Source: Octopus sinensis
Taxonomy: Eukaryota
Direction: 5' to 3'
DNA length: 64,000 bases
NCBI RefSeq assembly: GCF_006345805.1
Contig: NC_043015.1
Coordinates: forward strand, 21,080,001-21,144,000
Shown here: positions 12,626 through 24,534 of the stretch, one piece after another
Layout: each line of letters opens with the position of its first letter
Position numbering within the stretch: position 1 is the stretch's first letter
Notes under the pieces: generated by a model
Told to the model about the DNA's origin: nothing
Databases searched by the model: none
What the model saw: the letters and a program-made list of their open reading frames with translations, nothing else
Made by a program: the position numbers and the translations under genes

Positions 12626-12824
12626 TATCTACGCCACACACACACCACACACACAAACATATATATATACGCGCACAGACATATATATATAATATATATA
12701 TATATATAACACAAAAAAACATATTTTTCACTCGTTGGTGATGTCCTGTACTTGATGAATTTATATTTATTTATAATCGAATGCCATGCAGACTTGTACA
12801 CTGTAAGTTTTTAAGTTTTTAAGT

Positions 12825-12856
<32 letters not shown>

Positions 12857-13054
12857 GTATTATATACACACACACACAGAGTCACAGGGAAGGTAAGCTC
12901 CCTGTAACTTCGAAGTTACTGTCAACCTTTTCCTTGTAAATCATTAATAATCATGTACATCACCAACACTTTAAGTAATTATAAACGATAAATTGTTTTT
13001 ATACATAAATTCAAACAAATATATATATATATAATATATATATATATAGACATT

Positions 13055-13081
13055 CACACACATACAGAAATAAATACATAC

Positions 13082-13119
<38 letters not shown>

Positions 13120-13246
13120 GCACACATACAGAAATACAGATATATATATACGCACTCATACAGAATACATAGATACATATATATATATATATATATAATA
13201 TTATATATATACACACACATACATACATATACATACATACATACAT

Positions 13247-13293
<47 letters not shown>

Positions 13294-13414
13294 CACTTAC
13301 AGAAATACATATATATATACACCCACAAAGATATACATATATATATATATATATATATACATACACATACAGAAATACATACATATATATATATATAAAC
13401 ACATACAGAAGTAT

Positions 13415-13449
<35 letters not shown>

Positions 13450-13560
13450 CACACACATACAAAAATACATACATATATATATATATACACACATACAGAA
13501 ATACATACATACACACACACATATATATACACACACACACACAGAAATACATATATACAG
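13055..13560. repeat. Compound minisatellite, core ACATACAGAAATACAT with variable (AT)/(AC) spacers
   Basis: About 10 recognisable core copies, counted by eye. Confidence 0.8.
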
Positions 13561-13575
13561 ACACAATTGTGAGCA

Positions 13576-13626
<51 letters not shown>

Positions 13627-14212
13627 CACGAACAAATACTCACACACATACATACACACAAACATATCTACAGAGGGACTCATTTACTTGTGTTTGTCAT
13701 TGGAGTATAGCCATGCTGGAGCATTCCATTGGAAGTTCGAGTCGGACGAGTCAGATCTAGTACTTTTATTTATCTTCTTAAATCGGATCCTTTTGTTCCA
13801 TCGCTCTCTGACGCTAAACTTTATACATACGCTTGGGGACTGATACGTTAAGTAGGAAATTAAGGAGACCTTTCCAACAACAAGTGGGGCATGGGGTCGG
13901 GAGGCTCAATGCATGTGAAAGATAGAGTACAAATCGTATTTAAATGCGGAGCATATTGAGTGCGAAACGATTCAAAGAGATTTCGAAACCGGCAAGTTGA
14001 AGCACATCCATTTCCAGAGACGACGAAAAGGACAATTAATGCGTGTATGTTTGTGTGTGTGTGTGTGTGTGTGCTCGTGTATACATACATGAATAAATGC
14101 GTGGAATAGCTGCGATCCTTCGAACGATAATTGAAGAGGATGTGTGTGTATTTTCCGTTTTTTCTTATATATATATCGTGTTTTATTTAACACACACACA
14201 CACACACACACA

Positions 14213-15077
14213 CATGAATGTATGTGTAGAAATTTTAGTTTTCTTCGCCGTCTTTTAGAAAATCTACATGTGAATATACTCGTATCTCTTACTTCTACCC
14301 TCTGTCTCTATCTCTCTTTCTCCAAACTTTTGCGTACTGCATTAGTAGCAGCTCCGTTCTGCCTGGCATGCCAGAGCAGACTACACACACACACACACAC
14401 TCACACACACACTCACACACACACTCATTCTCTCTGTTTCTGTCTGTCTGTCTCCCTCTCTCTCTTATTCAATCAATCTTCTGATTTTCTCACACGCTGT
14501 TTCATTTATCAATATTCACTCTCCCTAGCTTTCTTCCTTTCCTATGAAAACTTTATACATACACACAAGTAAAATCCATTTTGCATTTACAGAAATTTCT
14601 CCTAATCTAAGTCTCTCTCCCCATCGCATATTACACACACACACACCACACACACACACACACCATGAATGTATGTGTAGAAATTTTAGTTTTCTTCGCC
14701 GTCTTTTAGAAAATCTACATGTGAATATACTCGTATCTCTTACTTCTACCCTCTGTCTCTATCTCTCTTTCTCCAAACTTTTGCGTACTGCATTAGTAGC
14801 AGCTCCGTTCTGCCTGGCATGCCAGAGCAGACTACACACACACACACACACTCACACACACACTCACACACCACTCATTCTCTCTGTTTCTGTCTGTCTG
14901 TCTCCCTCTCTCTCTTATTCAATCAATCTTCTGATTTTCTCACACGCTGTTTCATTTATCAATATTCACTCTCCCTAGCTTTCTTCCTTTCCTATGAAAA
15001 CTTTATACATACACACAAGTAAAATCCATTTTGCATTTACAGAAATTTCTCCTAATCTAAGTCTCTCTCCCCATCGC

Positions 15078-15082
<5 letters not shown>
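14213..15082. repeat. ~450-bp tandem duplication bounded by (CA)n tracts
   Basis: Units start CATGAATG at 14213 and 14664 and appear identical outside the internal CA runs. Confidence 0.95.
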
Positions 15083-15114
<32 letters not shown>

Positions 15115-15341
15115 CCCCAAATAATCCATAACACCTAGTTGTTCTTCTCTGAATCAGACTCTGAAGCTCCCTTTTCTGCGCAGGTTTCTCTCGCTCCCAC
15201 CCACCTATTCGGATTTACAGTAATTTAAGCAGAATCGGCATAAACCACACGGGTCACGAAAGGTCTATAACAAGCATGGGCGCTGTCCCTTCCTCCACAT
15301 ACTGCATGAAAATGCCTCGCAAGCGCACACCTTTGTATGCA

Positions 15342-15533
15342 TCTTGTGTCAGTCATTTGACTGCGGCCATACTGGGGCAACGCCTTCAGTTTTTAGTCCA
15401 ACGAATCAACCGCAGTACCTGTTTTTTTTAAGCCTGGTATTTATTCTATCTGCCTTGTTTGCCGAACTGCTATGTTAAGGGGACGTAAACTAACCAACAT
15501 CGGTTGTCAAGTGTTGGGTGAGAACAGACACTG

Positions 15534-15568
<35 letters not shown>

Positions 15569-15793
15569 CACACGCACACACACACGCACGGTAATCCCTC
15601 GCCATATCGCGGTTCACCTATCACGGTTTATTATTTAAGCTTACGTCGATTCATCCGTTGTGTTGTTTTGCATCTATAATAAAATAAGTATATAAATATT
15701 AAAAATATAATTTTAAAAAATACACATTACTGTTTCTTCTTCGCTGATTTTCATCTAACAAACGCGATACACGAGGGATTACTGTGTATATAT

Positions 15794-15831
<38 letters not shown>

Positions 15832-15992
15832 CTTTTTTTTGACGGGCTTCTTTCAGTTTCCGTCTAGCAGATCCAATGACAAGGCTTTGGTCGGGCCAAG
15901 GCTACAGTAGAAGACGCTTGCCCAAGGTGCCACGCAGTGGGACTGAACGCAGAACCATGTGGTTGAAAAGCAAACTTATCACACAGCCGTGC
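15342..15992 (-). mobile_element. SINE family A with a nested MITE in its internal microsatellite
   Basis: The 3' half lies at 15342-15530 and the 5' half at 15835-15992, in correct reverse order around a CA/TA tract. Confidence 0.9.
15589..15784. mobile_element. Tigger/pogo-like MITE (~196 bp)
   Basis: TIRs CGGTAATCCCTCGCCATATCGCG ... CGCGATACACGAGGGATTACTG around an AT-rich noncoding interior. Confidence 0.8.
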
Positions 15993-16043
15993 ATAGATAT
16001 TCGTGTGTGTGTGTGTGTGGAGACAGAGGGAGATAGATAGAGA

Positions 16044-16410
16044 GGCACAGGTATGGCCGTGTAGTAAGTTTACTTCTCATCCACATGTATCTTCTATAGG
16101 CTTGGGCCGACCAAAGCCTTTTGAGTGCATTTGGTAGACAGAAACTGAAACAAGCCCATCGTACACACACACATATATATAGTTAAAAAAAAACAGAAAA
16201 AAAAGACAAGAAAAAGACAACAACGTGAGGATGTAGTATATGTAAAGTATTAATGAGATGTTCAGGGAAGGAAAGAAAGAGTGGTTGTTTTACGTTTCGA
16301 GCAAAGCTCTTCTTCGGAAACAGGAGACATACGAAAGTCCAAAAGAAAAGGAAGAAGGAAAAAAATCGCCAACAGTCCACGTCCTGCTACATTTTGGAAT
16401 ATGTATATAA

Positions 16411-16451
<41 letters not shown>

Positions 16452-16638
16452 CATACATACATACATACATACACCGTGTGACAACCGATGTTGGTGTATT
16501 TACGCCTCTCTGATTTAGCGATTCGGAAAAAGGGAAAGACAGTACCAGTTTAAAAAAGAATCACTGGCGTTGATTAGTTTTATTAAAATTTCTCAAGGCA
16601 GTGCCCCAGCTTGGCGGCGTTCTAATCACTGAAAGAAG
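16044..16638 (+). mobile_element. SINE family A with a nested hammerhead-type element
   Basis: Partially deleted head/body to GCCCATCGTA, insertion, (TA)/(CATA)n, then the 3' half. Confidence 0.85.
16181..16400 (-). mobile_element. Short Penelope-type element with a degenerate hammerhead motif
   Basis: Minus strand reads GTTT-CCGAAGA-A-GAGC-TTT-GCTC-GAAACGT (plus ~16288-16322); homologous to 52541-52693. Confidence 0.7.
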
Positions 16639-16729
16639 ATAATGAGAAAAGATATATACGCATGCGCAACATTCAACTCCAATCAGAACTGAAAGCAATA
16701 AAGAACTCAAATAAACTTTAATATGGATG

Positions 16730-16887
16730 TAGATATGGCTGTGCAGTTAAGCAACTAGCTTTGCACTCTCGATGTTTCCAGTTCAATCTCAGAGTGCTGT
16801 ATCCTGGGCAAACCTTTTGCTATCACCCTGAGTCGAACTCTACCTTCTGAACGAATTTGGAAAGCCGAAACTATGTGGAAGCTCCTC

Positions 16888-16934
<47 letters not shown>

Positions 16935-17080
16935 TACCACCTCTTGAGAATCGGTTTTGGTTTGTTTACGTTCTCATAACTTAGCAAAAGTGCTCAACAA
17001 ATCAAGCGCTAGACTTAAAAACAAGTAATATTCGGCCAAACCTGTCAAGATGGTGCTCCAGCATAGCCGCAGATCAACGC
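16730..17080 (+). mobile_element. SINE family A, old diverged copy with internal (GT)n
   Basis: Recognisable head, CCTGGGCAA box, (GT)n and tail GGTGCTCCAGCATAGCCGC. Confidence 0.7.
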
Positions 17081-19149
17081 TTTGTACAAAGAAAACCGTG
17101 AATTATCAGTACAACTTAATACTAAGGAGATGCTAATCCCAGCTTCAGGCCTCTGACATTTTTCTCTTTTAAGCTCATCGTTTTATGAAACAAAGAAAGA
17201 AAATACGAGTGTTGTAGAAGCGTAGTTGTGAGGGTCAGAATAGGTTGTCCTTCAACTTGGATCCTGGGTATGAGACAAAGCTACACTTAATTAGTGGCAG
17301 TATCATTTAATGCCTGGAAAGTCAATGAAGCAATCTTTCCAGATATTAACAATTCAAAGAGAATATTTGTAACACCGTATGATTCTCTCTGCCATCGATA
17401 GACTCTAGTTTTTCATTGGGTTTTCTACGTTTTCGTGTTTTTTAATCTTGCATTTTTTTATTGTTTAAGGATATGTAATGTAATTTGATTAACTCATGAT
17501 GCAGTCAGAATTTTACCATATTCATTCTTTAATATAAGATTTTGGTGAAGAAACTTATTGTACTTAGATTCCCGTATTTAAAGAGCGACGGAAAAGAGCA
17601 GCATCTCGTTTCTCTCGTGAATTTAGTCAGAGACATGTTTAATCAGAGATAAATATCTATAATCACTGAGTGTCGGCAGTGTTTGGTACGTTTGTCACGC
17701 GATTGTGTTTTCCGAGATTATGAACTTTCTAGTAGCCAAGAGGCTAGAGTTAAGTTTTATGTTGGTTTATCATTATAGTAAAATAAGAAAAGTAATTTGT
17801 GCATTCAATGTCGAATGTTTTGAAGTCAGGTTATTACGTACTTACAGATAAATTTCACCTCTCTCAAGTTTCGGTTATTATAGACTTGCTTAAAACTTTC
17901 CAGCGATTCAAATGGGTATATTTGGATTTTAATTTGAATTCGAATTATTTTCATGTTATTTCTCCTGGTAGTTCGAAGGTCAAGAGAAAACGTCTGGTAG
18001 TTGTTGACCGCTGGCTATATGATGGTCATTCTTAAGATACATACCAATTATACAATTCTTAGTTGAGGCCAATGAAAAACAAGGCACCAGAAGAAATACT
18101 TTGGTGTCCCATGAACTTAAAAAATATTTCAATGATTTAAAAATCCTTACTAAATTTCGAGCAGTTTGATCTATTTTCTTCTAAAGGCTTAATTTATATC
18201 ACTAAACAAGAAGTTTATATCATAGGAGGGCGGTCTCAGGCGGGTTGTATCAAAAGTGTTCCATTTACAGTAGAGTTTTTTTTTTTTTACCTTTAAAGTC
18301 ACATTTCGAATGGAACAGTAAAGTTTTGTTGGTCCTCTTGTGCACCACGAAATGAGGTTAAAGTTTAAAATGAAATATTTTAAATCAACGAGGCCAAAAA
18401 ACTAATACACGAACATCAGTTTATTTCTGAATTCTCTATTCCCGAAAGAGTCCTACATTTATTTAAAAAGAAAAAAAATGTGTCACCAGTAAACAGCGCT
18501 CCTTGGTGGACTTTACTACAACATGTTTTGTGTAAGAAGTGATAAACGTAATGGTGACAAAATGTAGGCACAAGACCAGCAATTTTAGGGAAGCGGATAA
18601 TCGATCACATGGGCTCCATTGCTCAAACTTTACTCACATTATCCAACTCGGAAAGATGAAATTTATCTCAGAGCCAACCACAGAGAAATTTGAACTCAGA
18701 ACGTAAAGAGCCGGAGCAAATGCCGGTAAGCATTTTTGCTTGATGCGCTAACAATTCTGCCAGTTCATTGTCCTTTTAAGTAATGGACAAATAATAAAAC
18801 CGTCACACTTTTCAGGTATGATGGCTTTATTGGACGACCACTTAAAGGCACCGCCATAAGTTTCTACTCCCAACGTTGTAGCAGTCAGTCAATGAAGTCC
18901 ATTTAATTGAGTTCACTTCTCTAATGCTTCACTTTGTGCATATGTTAGATAATACGAACACACACAATCATTTGTCGTGTTCTCTTCCTAATTTAAGAAA
19001 AAGATGGTTTTGTTTTATTTGCTTATCTTTCCTCTTCTCCTCACAAGCATACATACACGCAAACACCAACGAAAACAAACACGCACATGCTGTCTGTCTG
19101 TGTCGCACTAGCTCTTCACTTTCGCTGAGAAATAAAGCCAGTCTGGCAC

Positions 19150-19221
<72 letters not shown>

Positions 19222-20368
19222 GTAGATAGAAAGAGAGAGTCTTATAATTAGAGTGTGGGTAAATGGAGGAGAAAAGAGCTGGATAACTACGTACTTAATA
19301 ATTCGTTCACGTCTGTCTACTAATCTCATTTAGTGTATTGATTGCTAACACAGGCGCAAGGTCTCATATTTCGGGAGAGGTTATAATCGATAGTTGATCG
19401 ACTGATGTCACAACTGCTACGTTATTTTATCGATCACCACAAAGAAGAAAAGCTAAGTATACTAGGGTGGGTTTCGGACATCAAAACTTCAAGGTTCGCA
19501 ACCAATCAGTGATTTTGTTCACTTCTAATTAGTCAACCAATCTATGGCTGCCACTAAAACCGGTCCTCAGATGTGTGGCCTTAGACGAAGGTGAGTTTAT
19601 CCGACGGTGAATTTGCAGAATCGTTTCAGCGTTGGATAGAATATTTTGCGGTGGTCGTTCCGGCACTTTAAGTTCTGGGTTCAAATCCAGACAAGGTCCA
19701 CTTTGTAGTTCACCTTTCCGGAGCCAGCAACAGTACCAATCATATTCTAGAGAATATATTTCTCTCTATCTTTCGGAATCGGCTACGATGCAACGTAAGA
19801 CGTTTCTCAAGAGAGGTCATTTGCTGCAACATCGATTTGTGAAGAATTGGAGTCAAGTTGAAGAAGGAGGCTACCAACTGTTCAAGGATGACCCAATGAG
19901 GGCAATACAGCACATAACAGAAATTTAAAATAAAAAAACGAATTTTCAATCATATCGACCCTGGTATTTGACTGGTACTGTATTTTGTCAGATCACGAAA
20001 GGATGAAATCCAAATTTGACCTTGGTGGAATTTGAACTACTGTCACTAAATATAGCATGACATTTAGTGTCCAATACTCGAACAAATGCCAGTTCACCGC
20101 TCTTATATTAATTTTAAATGGTACCCAGTGCTATTAGACTACAGTAGCAGACAATTGGATTAAAGCTCTAATCACTGTAATCTTCGCAGTGACATGTTTG
20201 GTTACGTGGCTTAGTTATATGTAGATACCCGCGTTATTTGTAGAGACATACTTAAAAAGGAAAACAATGCACGGCTAACACTAAAGCAGAGCTCATAAAC
20301 CTATAACATACTTGATTACATATTACGGTTACAAGACGAAACATGGTGTCCCCACCATAGCGATTAAT

Positions 20369-21183
20369 ACTTAGCTTTACATATTTACATTTTTATCGCC
20401 TTCAAAGTATTTTCCATTTGAAGCAATGCATCGGTACAGACGAGTTTTCCACTATTCGAAGCAGTACTGGAAATCTTGCGAAGTGATGCCTTTTAACGGC
20501 TCCGTTGTTTATTTCTTCACCTATCCCACATCTGCAAATTCCGTAGCGCCAGCTTTCGTCACTAGGGATGACCTTCGAAAAAGGTCCGGACCAACTTCCA
20601 ACTGTTCTTTCATTTCACGACACGCATTCAGTCATGAATGCTTTTGATCTGTGCGCAAGCGAGGCACAACTTTTGCTGCGACTCTTTTCATTCAAAATTC
20701 TTTGGCAGGAGCTCCAAGACACATCAGTTCGTCAATTGCTCGGTGACGCTCCTTCAAGATCAATTTCATGAATTTTCACTGTGTTTCCAGTCATTCAGGA
20801 TGTCGACGGTCGTTGTGAAGGAGGTTGGTCTTCAAGCGACAAGTCACCATTCGTAAAGCATAAAATCAAGTAAACTTATGTTTTGCTCATGGCAGCGTCC
20901 TTGTAAGGTTTTTGAGGCTTGAGAACTGTTTCGGCCGTAGTTCTCAGTAGCAGAAAACAGAATTTCACGGACGCGCGCTGTTCCTTCGTTTCAGCCATCG
21001 AAAAAAAAAATCGAAGCACTGCAAAACAAAGACGCACCGCGTGGAAGTACGACATCACTCAACATCGACGGTCGACAACTGATGCCCGAGGATCGCATCA
21101 AGTGATTTCTAGCGGTGGAAGCCTGAACTACAACGAGCTTGTCCCACAGAGAATGTTTCCGGTTACTTTTGGGTAGCCCTTCG
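20369..21183 (-). mobile_element. Mariner deletion derivative (3' TIR lost)
   Basis: MAETKEQRASVKFCFLL... N-terminus; DLFSKVIPSDESWRY joined directly to EFADV...; TIR TTCCGGTTACTTTTGGGTAGCCCTTCG at ~21157-21183. Confidence 0.88.
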
Positions 21184-21440
21184 TGTGAACGTACCGGTAA
21201 CCAAGAATGCGCTTAATATGTAAATTACTTTGTCTAGTGATGTTAGACATCTAAACTTAATGGCTTTTTAGGTAATGGATGATTAATGAATTGGATGTGG
21301 TGCTGAAAAAGGAGGAGGAGTTCCTGAAATGTGTATTTACACTCGTTACCTATTTTCTGTCTTTGATAACATTGCATACATAGACGTATTCGTATACAGA
21401 ATGCATCTTTCAGTGCTGACTCGAAATTCTGTAGGGAATA

Positions 21441-21757
21441 ATGTTTCGATATGTTTTAAGAATTTAACTGAAATCCCGTCGAAATCTTTTCGTGGGTCGA
21501 CGAAGCAAGTGTCATCCTAGGACAATGGACTGATAAGATTATTAAAGCGACGTATGAGAGCCACTTAAAAATTATTTGAATATCGTGGCGAAATTTGAAC
21601 TCAGACAGAAAACGGCCAGGCCAGACACGGAGAGGCAACTCTCATACGACTCCTTAATAATCCTGCGAGTGCATTGCCCGAGGTTGACTCTTGTTTTATC
21701 GATCCGCCAAAAGATTTCGACGGGATTTCAGTTAAAAGAGTACAACAAATCGAAACC

Positions 21758-21759
<2 letters not shown>
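21441..21759. mobile_element. Foldback/MITE-like element with ~125-bp inverted arms
   Basis: Arms at 21441-21565 and 21633-21759, with a perfect 27-bp core TTAACTGAAATCCCGTCGAAATCTTTT (21464-21490 / 21709-21735). Confidence 0.75.
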
Positions 21760-21796
<37 letters not shown>

Positions 21797-22123
21797 AAGG
21801 TAAATTTCCAAAATTGGTTAACAGGGATATACAATCCTAGCGAGTAACATGTTCGCTTTTACTGGTTAACAATGTAATGCTGTCTAACCTCAGTGAATGT
21901 AAACGAACTCCATTTAGTTGACTTCACTATACTCGGTAAATCTTCACTTTGGTAAATCCAAGTGCCTGTATACAGACTGTATAGTGTCGGTGAAGAAAAA
22001 ATAATTGATAAAAATTAGAACTGATTTACATATCCAGGCTTTATTATACAGTTAATCACACCTTTCTTTGTCAGTACCTACACGTGTTTCAGTGGCAGCC
22101 AATGTACACTGCAAATTATGCTG

Positions 22124-22179
22124 TTTGGTGTTAATAACTGGTACTGCTTCATGAAGCAGCACCAGTAATTAACACCAAA
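22124..22179. repeat. 56-bp near-perfect palindrome
   Basis: 28-bp arms with 2 mismatches and no spacer, centred on TCATGA. Confidence 0.9.
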
Positions 22180-22345
22180 ATGCTTTAGGTACCTATGCAG
22201 TCGCTAGCAGGCTTAGAGACTCTCCCGGCCCTTCTCGACCTCAGCGGACATAGAGGATGTGAGACAAGTGCTGCACCAGTTACACACAGTTTTGTCCAAG
22301 TAGGCAAGAACATTGTGAAATGAAGTATTTTGCGTAAGGACAAAA

Positions 22346-22652
22346 CTGGCGCTCCATCGGTTACGCCGACGAGGGTCGCAGCTCATCAAATCAACGGAGC
22401 AGTCTGCTCGTGAAATTAACGTGCAAGTGGCTGAGCACTCCACAGACACGCGAAACATTAATGTAGTTCACAGGGAGAGTCAGCGTGACAAAATTTGACG
22501 AGTCTGGTCCCTTTTAAATTTCAGGTACTACTCATTATCGATAGTTGATTGAACTAGAGCAACGTGAAATAAAGTGTCTTGCTCAAGGACACAACGTGTC
22601 GTCGGGAATTGAAATCACGACCTTACGATCATGAGCCGAATACCCTATCCAC
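22346..22652 (-). mobile_element. SINE family C, head type 2
   Basis: Minus strand: tRNA-like head, GTGTCCTTGAGCAAGACACTTTATTTCAC box, and a tail shared with 57916-58100. Confidence 0.85.
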
Positions 22653-22669
22653 ACACATACACACCTTTG

Positions 22670-23022
22670 ATATTTTACTCGTTTCAGTCATTAGACTGCG
22701 GCCATACTGGGGCACCACCTTGAAGAATTTTAACCGAACGAATCGCCAGCTGTACTTATACTCTTTAAAACCTGGTACCTATTCTTCCATTTTTTTTTGG
22801 AATCGCCAGATTACGGGGATGTAAACACACCAACACCAGTTGTCAAAGAGACGCAAATTAACACACTCGCACACACACACACACACATGGCCTTCTTCGT
22901 TTCTGTCTAGCAACTCCACTGAACGCAGGAGGCTATAGTCGCAGACATTTGCCCAAAGTGGCGCATAGTGAAACTGAAGCCGAACCGTTTAGTTGCGAAG
23001 GAATCTTCTTACCACAGCCACG
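22670..23022 (-). mobile_element. SINE family A, diverged
   Basis: Tail-to-head in reverse orientation with a short internal (CA)n. Confidence 0.8.
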
Positions 23023-23176
23023 TTTGCGCACACACACACTCACCCCAACTAATAAGGACATCTGGTATACTTGACTGAGGATAGAAGGCCACGAATGACC
23101 CGTCTTCTTTTGCCTGTCCGCCTTTGTATCCTCTGTTTGAACGTTTTATTGTCCTCTATTGCGTTTTTGTTCCAAG

Positions 23177-23229
<53 letters not shown>

Positions 23230-23244
23230 CACACACTCGCACAT

Positions 23245-23305
<61 letters not shown>

Positions 23306-23473
23306 CACACTCGCGCGCACGAATGAGTCTGTTTTCGCCTTCCTACAGATAATCACTCTCACACACTCATCTCTGGTTTTATCTATCGATACAACTATCT
23401 CATCGTCAGTCTGTATATTTGCCTGTCTGTGTATAAGTTCGTCTGCATACCTCTCTTTCTATGATGTTCTCAC

Positions 23474-23525
<52 letters not shown>

Positions 23526-24534
23526 ACCCATTATCACTCTCTCCAAGACGTAGGCAGTCGATCTCTTTTTCGTACTGCGTGCGCGCCCAGCCTCGAAGCC
23601 CGCCACCACCACCCGTATACGTGAACACGTATCTCCGACTCCTTCACTGTATCCAAATCTCTCTGCTTCTGTCTGTCTGTCTCTCTCTCTCTTTTGCCGA
23701 GCACAGCGCAGACTATACCGCTTCGGAGACAGTCATATTCCTACGCAAACACATATACAAATGCACACACTCACGCATACAAATATGCACCTGCACACAC
23801 ACACACACAGCCATATATAGATATATACACACACATGCACAGAGCCACATATAGATACACACACAAGCACCCACAAAGCCATATGTAGATATACGCACAC
23901 ACGCCAGCATTTATATATATATATATGTACACACACACTCACGCAAACACATAATTGCACATACACACGCACAAGCACACCTGAGTATATGTATACACCC
24001 ACACACATGTATATACGCACACACACACACGCAAGCATATACATATGCACACACACACACACCCGATCATTCGTGTGCTAACGGGAAATCCCGCCCATGG
24101 TCATATGTCATGCTAAAAATCACAGCCTACCACCCTATAGAAGTAGGCAATAGTCACAGATATTTAATGTATGAAATGTCCTTTAACCGAAGGTTTTACT
24201 CACGTGCAATGCTGACCTGGGGCTAAACAACACACACACACGCACGCTGATTCATTCACGATCTCTTCTGTTTTTCTGCCGTCACATTTTCGCTTATTCT
24301 TTCCATTCCTCATTCACTTCATCCTTTCGCGTTCTCTCATTCCAATGATCTTTCATTCTTTCACTCATTTTCAACAATCGCTCTTCAACACTTCTTTCCT
24401 TTCTCTCTCCCACCAATTGTTTATTTTAAAAAAATTCTTTATTCCACTCTTCTGTCTTCACTTTGCCTGGACCCTTTTCCCTCTACATTCCACTTTGTAT
24501 CCTTTAGTGCATCACTTAGTCCTGTCTTCTCTCA

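Noticed and set aside
12881-12919. 16-bp perfect palindrome overlapping a 10-bp hairpin
   Set aside because: About one 16-bp palindrome is expected by chance in 64 kb.
23560-23720. Small CpG-rich patch suggesting a promoter
   Set aside because: Too short, with no associated exon or core-promoter evidence.
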